Shown piece after piece: positions 9,804 to 17,738 of a DNA stretch of 64,000 bases. The notes under the pieces are model-generated. The model was not told where the DNA came from. It worked only from the letters and a program-made list of their open reading frames with translations, and ran no database searches. Within the stretch, counting starts at the first letter, position 1. Each line of letters begins with the position of its first letter. This DNA comes from Rikenellaceae bacterium (GTDB lineage: Bacteria; Bacteroidota; Bacteroidia; Bacteroidales; Rikenellaceae): the NCBI GenBank assembly GCA_047174605.1, contig JBCQTX010000001.1, positions 17,423-81,422 of the forward strand. The letters run 5' to 3'. The position numbers and the translations under genes were made by a program.

Positions 9804-10781
9804 CTATTTTTCGCGATTCATTAGACTCATGGCAAACTCTCGAAGTGGCGCTATTCTCTGCTCCGACACTCCGCATTTGGTCAAACTATCAAGCAGCGTC
9901 AACGCTCTTTCGAACTTGATAGCGATCTGCTGCTCAGTTATATGTCTAATATCTAATTTATCATAGACCGCCTTGATCTTTGCGATCTTCTCCTCGTTTG
10001 TTAGCTTCTCATCTTGATGTGTGTGGCGCAATATATGACGCGTTGATTCATCTGCACGGCTAAGTGCCATGATCTTCAAGAAGGTCTGTTTACCCTCCAA
10101 GATATCCCCTCCGATCGGCTTTCCGAGTCTCTCATCGCCATATGTATCCAGAAGATCGTCTTGCAGCTGAAATGCCAGACCTAGTTCTGTCGCAAACCTC
10201 TGCAGGATAGTATGATGCGAGCTATCAGCCCCTCCGATGATCGCCCCTATGAGCGTTGCACCACCCAACAGAACTGAGGTCTTGAGCTCAATCATATTCA
10301 TATATTCAACCACCGACACTCGTTTTTGAGTCTCGAAGTCCATATCATATTGTTGACCCTCACACACCTGCGTCGCCATAGTGTTAAAGACCTCTAGCAC
10401 CTGAGGCAAATATTGCGGAGCGCACTCTGCAAGAAGTTTGTATGAGAGAATCGACATCACATCTCCCGACAAAATCGCGACATTCTTATCCCACTTAACA
10501 TGGACAGAGGGTTTACCTCGACGCATAATCGAGTTATCCATTATATCATCATGGAGAAGTGTGAAGTTATGAAAGATCTCGACCGCTGCCGCCGCCGGAA
10601 GCACCGCCGCTATATCTGCGCTATAGAGCTGACTAGCTAATATAGTCAACATTGGACGGAGCCGTTTTCCGCCCTCTGCGAGGGTATATCGGATCGGTTT
10701 ATATAACTTTTCGGGCTCCGTCGGGATAGGAATTTGTGCTATATAGTTCTCGATTATCTCTAATAGTTCTCTATTACTCAT
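9804..10781 (-). CDS. Short-chain polyprenyl diphosphate synthase (FPP/GGPP type)
   Basis: GGKRLRP, HNFTLLHDDIMD (Phe at -5 of the first Asp-rich motif), GQQYDM and FQLQDDLLD. Likely start MSNRELL at 10781. Confidence 0.9.
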   Translation of the reverse strand: MSNRELLEIIENYIAQIPIPTEPEKLYKPIRYTLAEGGKRLRPMLTILASQLYSADIAAVLPAAAAVEIFHNFTLLHDDIMDNSIMRRGKPSVHVKWDKNVAILSGDVMSILSYKLLAECAPQYLPQVLEVFNTMATQVCEGQQYDMDFETQKRVSVVEYMNMIELKTSVLLGGATLIGAIIGGADSSHHTILQRFATELGLAFQLQDDLLDTYGDERLGKPIGGDILEGKQTFLKIMALSRADESTRHILRHTHQDEKLTNEEKIAKIKAVYDKLDIRHITEQQIAIKFERALTLLDSLTKCGVSEQRIAPLREFAMSLMNREK

Positions 10782-10853
10782 GGTACGCGCTCTTTTGCTC
10801 CAAAAGTACGAAAAAAAAGCTATTAACACAAATAAAAAGCGACCTGCCTTCTC

Positions 10854-12326
10854 TTAATTTCGTTTTAAGAAAATCCGATTGGTAATTGTATTGGGAAGTT
10901 CAGCAGGATAGTGAGATACGATGATCAGGCTCTTGCCCTCGCGATGGCTGACTGCCTCGATAATCTGAGTCACCAATCGACGATTGCACATATCGAGCCC
11001 ATGAAGAGGTTCATCCAGAATCAACAACGCCGGATCTTTGACAAAGGCGCGAGCCAAAAGCACCAACCTCTGCTCACCACTCGATAGCTGTGTGAAGATT
11101 CGCTCCTCGAGATTCTCAATTCCAAATATCTTCATCCAGAAACGGCACACCTCGGCGTGTCCCGGCTGCATCTTCCGATTGAGCCCAATGGTATCATAGA
11201 GTCCACTCGCGACGATCTCCAACACAGGTTTTGGGAGCAGATAGGCACGATGCATCTCCGGACTCACATAGCCAATATGGCGCTTGATATCCCAGATACT
11301 CTCCCCCGTACCACGATCACGCCCAAAGAGAGCGATGTCACACGCATACCCTTGGGGGTTATCGGCACATACGAGTGATAGGAGTGTCGACTTGCCAGCT
11401 CCATTCTCACCACTCAACGCCCACTTCTCGCCTCGTTTCACACTCCAATCCAATGATTTTAGGATTGTGCGCTCTCCATATTTTATAGATACACCCCTTA
11501 ACTGGGCAACCATCTCGCTGTCTGGGCGCCTCGTCGCATCATATGGCATATCCGCAATCGCTTGGCGAAGCTCCTCAGAGAGGATATTTTGCGGTATCGG
11601 CTCACGACGCTCGTAATACTCTGAGAGTGTACATTTTGGTTTGCAGTGACGATCCTCGACCTCTATAACATGGGTCAAAAATCGGGGTATATCATCTGTC
11701 TTTGAGAGCACAACTACAATCTGGACACTCCTCAGCTTTGCCAAATCGGCAAGCAGCAGATGGAGTGTATCGCGAGTCTGAGCATCGAGCCCGATGAATG
11801 GATTATCCATAATCAGGAGCTGTGGAACTGACAACAAAGCCTTGGTGATCTGAAACTTACGCATCTCGCCACTCGACAGCAGCACAAGTCTCTTATCATA
11901 GATTCTATCAATGGCAAATAGCTCAAAGAGCGATTTTCTCAGTGCTGGATCTCCACCCGTAGGGAGCTCATCGCAGACACATGGCGAATCCTCCAAGGTT
12001 GTCGAATTCCAACGCTGCTGATAGAAGTATCCGCTATCCGCTCCTCCCGAAGCTGCCGTTGAGTCTCGAAAGGCGATATATTTAATATTGTCAAAAACTC
12101 TCTGCGAGGGTGCATCTTCACCGAAATTATAACGCACACCAGCGCCATCAATCAACGGATGGGCGCCAGTCATCACCCCAACCAAGATACTCTTGCCGGC
12201 ACCATTGCCACCAATGATTGCCACCTGCTCCCCTCGATTGATCGTGAGGCCCTCGATTCCCGAGAGTTGAAATTGTGGTTGGCGTGTTGTTGCGGAGCGT
12301 ATCTCTATTATCGGATTATTCATCAT
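10854..12326 (-). CDS. ModF-like tandem ABC ATPase
   Basis: Two nucleotide-binding domains (GGNGAGKS/LSSGE/MDNPF and GENGAGKS/LSSGEQR/LDEP). SIWDIKRHIGYVSPE is typical of the ModF family. Confidence 0.85.
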   Translation of the reverse strand: MMNNPIIEIRSATTRQPQFQLSGIEGLTINRGEQVAIIGGNGAGKSILVGVMTGAHPLIDGAGVRYNFGEDAPSQRVFDNIKYIAFRDSTAASGGADSGYFYQQRWNSTTLEDSPCVCDELPTGGDPALRKSLFELFAIDRIYDKRLVLLSSGEMRKFQITKALLSVPQLLIMDNPFIGLDAQTRDTLHLLLADLAKLRSVQIVVVLSKTDDIPRFLTHVIEVEDRHCKPKCTLSEYYERREPIPQNILSEELRQAIADMPYDATRRPDSEMVAQLRGVSIKYGERTILKSLDWSVKRGEKWALSGENGAGKSTLLSLVCADNPQGYACDIALFGRDRGTGESIWDIKRHIGYVSPEMHRAYLLPKPVLEIVASGLYDTIGLNRKMQPGHAEVCRFWMKIFGIENLEERIFTQLSSGEQRLVLLARAFVKDPALLILDEPLHGLDMCNRRLVTQIIEAVSHREGKSLIIVSHYPAELPNTITNRIFLKRN

Positions 12327-12462
12327 TTTTGTCTATTAAATTGTGCAAATCTACTCTTTTTTTATCTAAAGAATAACAAAAATAACTTTTTTTATAAAAA
12401 ATTATGATCATCCAAATTTTATTTTGTACCTTAGCCGATAATTTAAAACAAAAGCAATTGAT

Positions 12463-14130
12463 ATGTGTGGTATTATAGGAATTTTTGACTTGAAAAGTGA
12501 GTCGTCGAAATTGCGTGGGAGAGCGTTGTCGATGGCTAAAAAAATACGTCATCGTGGTCCAGATTGGTCGGGTATTTACTGTGGTAAGAATGCAATCTTG
12601 GCACACGAACGCCTCTCAATCGTAGATCCGCAATCGGGTGGTCAGCCACTTAAAAGCAAAGATGGTAAACACATCTTGGCCGTTAATGGTGAGATCTACA
12701 ACCATCGCGAGATCCGTCAGCAGACCGCTGATAAGTATGAATACTTGACAGGTTCTGACTGCGAGGTTATCTTGGCGTTGTATCGTGAGAAGGGAATCGA
12801 TTTCCTTGACGATTTGAATGGTATCTTCGCATTCGTACTATATGACGAGGAGAAGGATTGTTATTTGATCGCTCGTGACCACATCGGAATCATACCTTTA
12901 TATATAGGAACAGATATTGAGGGTAATCTATACATATCATCGGAGCTTAAGGCGTTGGAGGGTGTTTGCGATCAGATCGATCAATTCATGCCGGGCCACT
13001 ACCTTTATAGCAAGGATGGCGAGATGAAGCGCTGGTACAACCGCGAGTGGAGAGAGTATGACAACGTTAAGGATAATGGCGCTGATATCGCGGAGCTTCG
13101 CACAGCGTTGGAGTCGGCAGTTGAGCGTCAATTGATGTCGGATGTTCCTTACGGAGTGTTGCTTTCGGGAGGTTTGGATTCATCGGTAATCTCAGCTATC
13201 GCTCGCAAATATTCAGCTATGCGTATTGAGGATGGAAGTCAGTCAGCTGCATGGTGGCCACAGCTTCACTCTTTCGCAGTAGGTTTGGAGGGAGCTCCAG
13301 ATTTGATCGCTGCTCGCAAGGTGGCAGAGCATATCGGGACTGTTCACCACGAGGTACACTACACTGTTCAGGAGGGTCTTGACGCATTGAAGGATGTGAT
13401 CTATTTCCTTGAGACATATGATGTTACAACGGTTCGCGCATCGACTCCAATGTACTTGCTTTCGCGCGTGATCAAATCAATGGGTATCAAGATGGTACTC
13501 TCGGGAGAGGGTGCTGACGAGATCTTCGGAGGTTATCTTTACTTCCACAAAGCTCCAAATGCTCAGGCATTCCACGAGGAGACTATTCGCAAGCTCGACA
13601 AGTTGTACCTTTACGACTGCTTGCGTGCCAACAAATCTTTGGCATCTTGGGGTGTTGAGGGTCGCGTTCCATTCCTAGACAAGGAGTTTATGGATGTTGC
13701 AATGCGCCTAAACCCAGAGGAGAAGATGGCGAAGAATGGCCGTATGGAGAAGTGGGTTGTGCGTAAAGCATTTGAGGATTTGTTGCCAGAGAGCGTTGCA
13801 TGGCGCCAGAAGGAGCAGTTCTCGGATGGTGTTGGATATAGCTGGATCGACTCTTTGCGCGATTTGACATCGGGCATGGTTTCAGATCAAGAGATCGAGA
13901 CTGCAGCAGAGCGTTTCCCAATCAATACACCACGCAACAAGGAGGAGTACTACTATCGTACAATATTCGAGGAGCACTTCCCATCGGATGCGGCTGTAGC
14001 AACAGTGCCTTCAGTTCCTTCGGTTGCATGTAGCACACCAGAGGCATTGGCATGGGACGCATCGTTCCAGAATGTTAATGAGCCTTCGGGACGTGCTGTA
14101 AAGGGAATTCACGACCAAAGTTATAAATAG
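12463..14130 (+). CDS. asnB: Asparagine synthetase B (glutamine-hydrolysing)
   Basis: N-terminal MCGI, RHRGPDW, NGEIYN, LSGGLDSS, SGEGADE and WRQKEQFSDG. Confidence 0.97.
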   Translation: MCGIIGIFDLKSESSKLRGRALSMAKKIRHRGPDWSGIYCGKNAILAHERLSIVDPQSGGQPLKSKDGKHILAVNGEIYNHREIRQQTADKYEYLTGSDCEVILALYREKGIDFLDDLNGIFAFVLYDEEKDCYLIARDHIGIIPLYIGTDIEGNLYISSELKALEGVCDQIDQFMPGHYLYSKDGEMKRWYNREWREYDNVKDNGADIAELRTALESAVERQLMSDVPYGVLLSGGLDSSVISAIARKYSAMRIEDGSQSAAWWPQLHSFAVGLEGAPDLIAARKVAEHIGTVHHEVHYTVQEGLDALKDVIYFLETYDVTTVRASTPMYLLSRVIKSMGIKMVLSGEGADEIFGGYLYFHKAPNAQAFHEETIRKLDKLYLYDCLRANKSLASWGVEGRVPFLDKEFMDVAMRLNPEEKMAKNGRMEKWVVRKAFEDLLPESVAWRQKEQFSDGVGYSWIDSLRDLTSGMVSDQEIETAAERFPINTPRNKEEYYYRTIFEEHFPSDAAVATVPSVPSVACSTPEALAWDASFQNVNEPSGRAVKGIHDQSYK

Positions 14131-14239
14131 AGTTAAAAAAACACACTACATATAAAAAAACACACTCTATATCAACTTTTTACAAAAAAATAGTTAACTT
14201 TACACAATGACATACCACAACTTCTCGTTACATACTATA

Positions 14240-14463
14240 TTATATTGAGCGAGAAACATATTCGAGTGCAAAGTTAGGTTGGTGTAGAGAGATTGGTGAG
14301 AAAGAGAGAGTGGGTGGTCAATGTGGTTATGAGTTGTGAGAAAAAGAGTGTGAGTGGAGAGGATAAGAGGTGAGTGTGAGGCCTGTGAGGTTGATTTATA
14401 TCATAAGTTAGTTAGGTGTTGGAAAAGTGTTTGGTGGTGTTAAGTTCTCTCGTCTCAATATAA
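14240..14463. other. Inverted-repeat-flanked, C-depleted segment (candidate invertible promoter)
   Basis: TTATATTGAG (14240-14249) and CTCAATATAA (14454-14463) form a perfect 10-bp inverted repeat that extends imperfectly inward. A minus-strand TAACTTTGCA lies inside it. Confidence 0.5.
14269..14276 (-). promoter_or_regulatory. Bacteroidota -7 promoter box with no downstream gene in this orientation
   Basis: Reverse complement is TAACTTTG(CA), a perfect TAnnTTTG consensus. It points toward the asnB 3' end. Confidence 0.55.
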
Positions 14464-14605
14464 ATTATTATAAACGATTCAGCGATTTGCTGCAAAAGTT
14501 CTTTATTGTTTAGGTTGTTGGTAACACATTTTAGGTTGTATAGGTGGTTAGTTGCTGATTCGTTTTCTTATAAATCCCCGGATGTAATGTCTGGGGATTT
14601 TTTTT
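14464..14605 (+). ncRNA. Candidate G/U-rich small RNA
   Basis: No plausible ORF. TTTAGGTTGT occurs twice plus a TAGGTGGTT variant, and the region ends in a strong intrinsic terminator. Confidence 0.4.
14572..14605 (+). terminator. Intrinsic terminator
   Basis: AAATCCCCGGA...TCTGGGGATTT hairpin ending in a T8 run. Confidence 0.8.
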
Positions 14606-14621
14606 ATTCGTTATTTTTCGT

Positions 14622-14629
14622 TAATTTTG
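14622..14629 (+). promoter_or_regulatory. -7 promoter box of the GH117 gene
   Basis: TAATTTTG lies 26 nt upstream of ATG 14656. Confidence 0.55.
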
Positions 14630-14655
14630 TAGTCACTAACTAAATTAACTATACA

Positions 14656-15918
14656 ATGAGACTACAAAATCTACTATGTGCAGCATCCATCGCGATGTTA
14701 TCACTCGGCAGCTGCTGCAACTCGAGCTCAACAGAGCAGGTGGCAGATAAGCCAACACAACCATTCCCATTCGTGATTCCACTCGAGAAGCCAGACTTCA
14801 AATTAAGCGCCTCTATGGAGAGGGTATATGACAATTATGGAGCGTCACGCCCACAGCTCAACGAGCTCTACACACAGTTCAAATACACTATGTTAGAGGG
14901 ATTTGACTACAATGGTGGCAACGGTACGATCACACGTCGCGACCCAACTCGCGTAATCAAAGTCGGAGATACATACTACGTATGGTACACACTTCGCAAA
15001 ACTCCGGGCGCACCTGTTGGCGCTGCAAAGGCAAATGATGTGATTCCATCGGCGGATTGGGATCTTTCGGATATCGGATATGCAACAAGTAAGGATGGTT
15101 TCACATGGGAGGAGCAGGGAGTCGCTGTCAACCGCCCAGAGAGCCCACAGCTAGGTTGGAGATCTGTCTCTACCCCTGAAATTTTGGTGTGGCAGGGTAA
15201 ATATTACCTCTACTTCCAAGCATTCTCCGAGATGAGTGGAAAGCGCGGCGATGACTGCCCTGTGGCGATGGCTGAGGCTGATTCACCCGATGGACCTTGG
15301 ACATTTATCAACCAAGCGGTGATCCCAAATGGTCCGGAGGGGACATGGGATCAATACTCGATCCACGATCCACTACCAATTGTCTTTAAGGATAAGATCT
15401 ATCTCTACTATAAGTCAGATTACAATGGACAACCTGATTTGGTTCGCTCTCAGGGATTGGCAGTTGCCGATAATCCAAAGGGGCCATTCGTGAAGTGCGA
15501 TGTAAATCCGGTCCTGAGTTCAGGCCACGAGACACACTTCTTCCGCTTCAAGGAGGGTATGGCTGCAATCTCATCACGCGATGGACATGAGCACAATACG
15601 ATTCAATACTCTGAGGATGGTATCAACTTCTACCAAGCGAGTGTGATCGACAAGTTTGTCCCTTATGCTGGTGGATTCTACGATCCAGATGCCTTCACAA
15701 ATAGAGATTATGCGAGGGGAGTTACATGGGGAATCAGCCACTTTATCAACTTTACTCCGGGAGCTCAATATTCGATTCTACTGCGCTACGACTGCGATTT
15801 GAGCCTAGATCTGGATGATCCAGAGATGAAGAACAACCACTCGTGGCCATCGCTCGACGAGGTGTTGAAGTATGGACTAAGCAAAAAACAGAAGGAGCGT
15901 ATCATGCAATCGATGTAG
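14656..15918 (+). CDS. Glycoside hydrolase family 117 lipoprotein (3,6-anhydro-L-galactosidase-like)
   Basis: Lipoprotein signal (LGSC), KLSASMER helix, RRDPT, YYVWYT, WDLSDIGYATSKDG, HDP and SGHE. Confidence 0.85.
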   Translation: MRLQNLLCAASIAMLSLGSCCNSSSTEQVADKPTQPFPFVIPLEKPDFKLSASMERVYDNYGASRPQLNELYTQFKYTMLEGFDYNGGNGTITRRDPTRVIKVGDTYYVWYTLRKTPGAPVGAAKANDVIPSADWDLSDIGYATSKDGFTWEEQGVAVNRPESPQLGWRSVSTPEILVWQGKYYLYFQAFSEMSGKRGDDCPVAMAEADSPDGPWTFINQAVIPNGPEGTWDQYSIHDPLPIVFKDKIYLYYKSDYNGQPDLVRSQGLAVADNPKGPFVKCDVNPVLSSGHETHFFRFKEGMAAISSRDGHEHNTIQYSEDGINFYQASVIDKFVPYAGGFYDPDAFTNRDYARGVTWGISHFINFTPGAQYSILLRYDCDLSLDLDDPEMKNNHSWPSLDEVLKYGLSKKQKERIMQSM

Positions 15919-15929
15919 ATAGACCTAAA

Positions 15930-16053
15930 TAGAAGCTGCCTAAAAAGTCATTTTTTGCACTTCCCTCGTCACTGAAATGCTCACGTACCTAAGTACGCTC
16001 CGCTTTCAGCAACTTCACGAAGCCCAAAAACCGCTCTTTTTATACAACTTCTA
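15930..16053 (+). repeat. RPE-1-like palindromic element, family A, copy 1
   Basis: Core GCTCACGTAC-ctaa-GTACGCTCCGC within a long imperfect hairpin. Ends are TAGAAGCTGCCTAAAAAG and CTTTTTATACAACTTCTA. Confidence 0.8.
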
Positions 16054-16057
16054 CAAC

Positions 16058-16096
16058 AAGAGGCAGCCCAAATTCTCGTTTTTTGGACTGCCTCTT
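16058..16096. terminator. Hairpin (terminator-like) between convergent GH117 and gdhA
   Basis: AAGAGGCAGCCCAAA...TTTGGACTGCCTCTT. Confidence 0.5.
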
Positions 16097-16104
16097 CTCT
16101 TTTA

Positions 16105-16231
16105 GAGATTGTTGATAGGTGGATGAAATTTTAAAGATGGTGTAGAGGGCTCTGAAAGGAGCATACTTTAGGTATGTGACTGAAGAGAACTCTACGGTAT
16201 CTTTGAAATTTCGCCACCTTGCAACGATCTC
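16105..16231 (-). repeat. RPE-1-like palindromic element, family A, copy 2
   Basis: Core GGAGCATAC-tttag-GTATGTGAC in a ~127-bp hairpin (GAGATTGTTG...CAACGATCTC). Confidence 0.7.
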
Positions 16232-16234
16232 CAA

Positions 16235-17590
16235 TTATACAACACCCTGCGCCATCATAGAGTCCGCCACCTTGATAAATCCTGCGATATTCGCACCATT
16301 CACATAGTTGACATATCCATTCTCGTCAGCACCATACTTCACGCATGAAGAGTGGATATCAGCCATAATTTGATACAACTTAGCATCTACCTCCTCTGGA
16401 GTCCACATCAAACGGATCGAGTTTTGAGTCATCTCCAATCCCGATGTTGCAACACCTCCTGCATTAGAAGCCTTACCCGGAGCATACATGATCTTAGCCT
16501 CTAGGAACGCTGTTACAGCCTCTGGAGTAGATGGCATATTAGCACCCTCAGCGACACAGAAACAGCCATTTGCAAGCAACGCCTTAGCCTCGTCACCATT
16601 CAACTCGTTCTGCGTAGCACATGGCAACGCGATATCACACTTAACACCCCAAGGGCGCTCGCCTGCGAAGAATTTCGCATTTGGATATACCGTTACATAC
16701 TCGCTGATACGACCGCGCTTAACATTCTTAAGCTCCATAACATAGGCCAACTTCTCAGCGTCGATTCCCTCAGCATCATAGATATAACCCGATGAATCCG
16801 ACAAAGTAACAACCTTTCCACCCAATTGAGTAGCCTTCTCAGTAGCATACTGAGCCACGTTACCCGATCCTGAAACAACAACTGTCTTACCCTCGAAGCT
16901 ATCTCCCTTCATCGCCAACATCTCCTTAGCGAAGTAGCAAGTACCATATCCCGTAGCCTCCGGACGAAGTGGACTACCACCCCACTCTGGAGCCTTTCCT
17001 GTCAATGTACCTGTGAACTCATTACGTAGACGCTTGTACTGACCATAAAGGAATCCGATCTCGCGACCTCCAACGTTGATATCACCAGCTGGGATATCTG
17101 TGTCAGGGCCAATGTGACGTTGCAACTCAGTCATAAACGACTGGCAGAAGCGCATCACCTCGTTGTCTGATTTTCCGACTGGGTTGAAGTTAGATCCACC
17201 CTTACCACCACCCATAGGGAGTGTTGTCAAACTGTTTTTAAATGTCTGCTCGAAAGCTAAGAACTTTAACACACTAAGGTTTACCGATGGATGGAAACGC
17301 AATCCTCCCTTGTAAGGGCCAATCGCACTATTCATCTGAACACGGTATCCTTTATTCACCTGCACCTCGCCTTTGTCATCGACCCACGCTACACGGAACA
17401 TGATTACTCTCTCAGGCTCAGCGATACGCTCCAATATCTTAGCATCCTGATACTTAGGATTCGCTACGATGTATGGAGCAAGTGACTCTACCACCTCTAA
17501 TACTGCCTGATGGAACTCAGGTTCGTTTGGGTTCTTGGCCTTAATATCGGCCATGAAGTTTTCGATGTACATCTCTGCTTGGTTACTCAT
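16235..17590 (-). CDS. gdhA: NAD(P)-specific glutamate dehydrogenase
   Basis: GPYKGGLRFHPSVN, LPMGGGKGG, PAGDI, RPEATGYG, GSGNVA and EGANMP. Confidence 0.97.
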   Translation of the reverse strand: MSNQAEMYIENFMADIKAKNPNEPEFHQAVLEVVESLAPYIVANPKYQDAKILERIAEPERVIMFRVAWVDDKGEVQVNKGYRVQMNSAIGPYKGGLRFHPSVNLSVLKFLAFEQTFKNSLTTLPMGGGKGGSNFNPVGKSDNEVMRFCQSFMTELQRHIGPDTDIPAGDINVGGREIGFLYGQYKRLRNEFTGTLTGKAPEWGGSPLRPEATGYGTCYFAKEMLAMKGDSFEGKTVVVSGSGNVAQYATEKATQLGGKVVTLSDSSGYIYDAEGIDAEKLAYVMELKNVKRGRISEYVTVYPNAKFFAGERPWGVKCDIALPCATQNELNGDEAKALLANGCFCVAEGANMPSTPEAVTAFLEAKIMYAPGKASNAGGVATSGLEMTQNSIRLMWTPEEVDAKLYQIMADIHSSCVKYGADENGYVNYVNGANIAGFIKVADSMMAQGVV

Positions 17591-17738
17591 AGTTTTATTA
17601 TTTTTAAATTGTTAATACACACGACGATTAAATCGTCATACTTATTCAAATACTATGCCTATAGAACAATAAAAAAGCGCAATACTTTAATAAGTACCGC
17701 GCAATATAGTAAAAAAATACCAAAATAGCAAATTTAAG

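Noticed and set aside
14225-14252. Chromosomal dif site
   Set aside because: There is only a partial match to the XerD arm (GTATGTAACGA vs TTATGTTAAAT) and a poor XerC arm. It is kept only as a generic dyad observation.
15930-16231. CRISPR array or integron attC array
   Set aside because: There are no identical direct repeats with regular spacers, no cas or integrase gene, and no consistent RYYYAAC/GTTRRRY ends.
16040-16234. 64-aa ORF immediately downstream of gdhA, in the same frame
   Set aside because: It is made of repeat sequence with a TTG start, and nothing supports read-through of the TAA stop.
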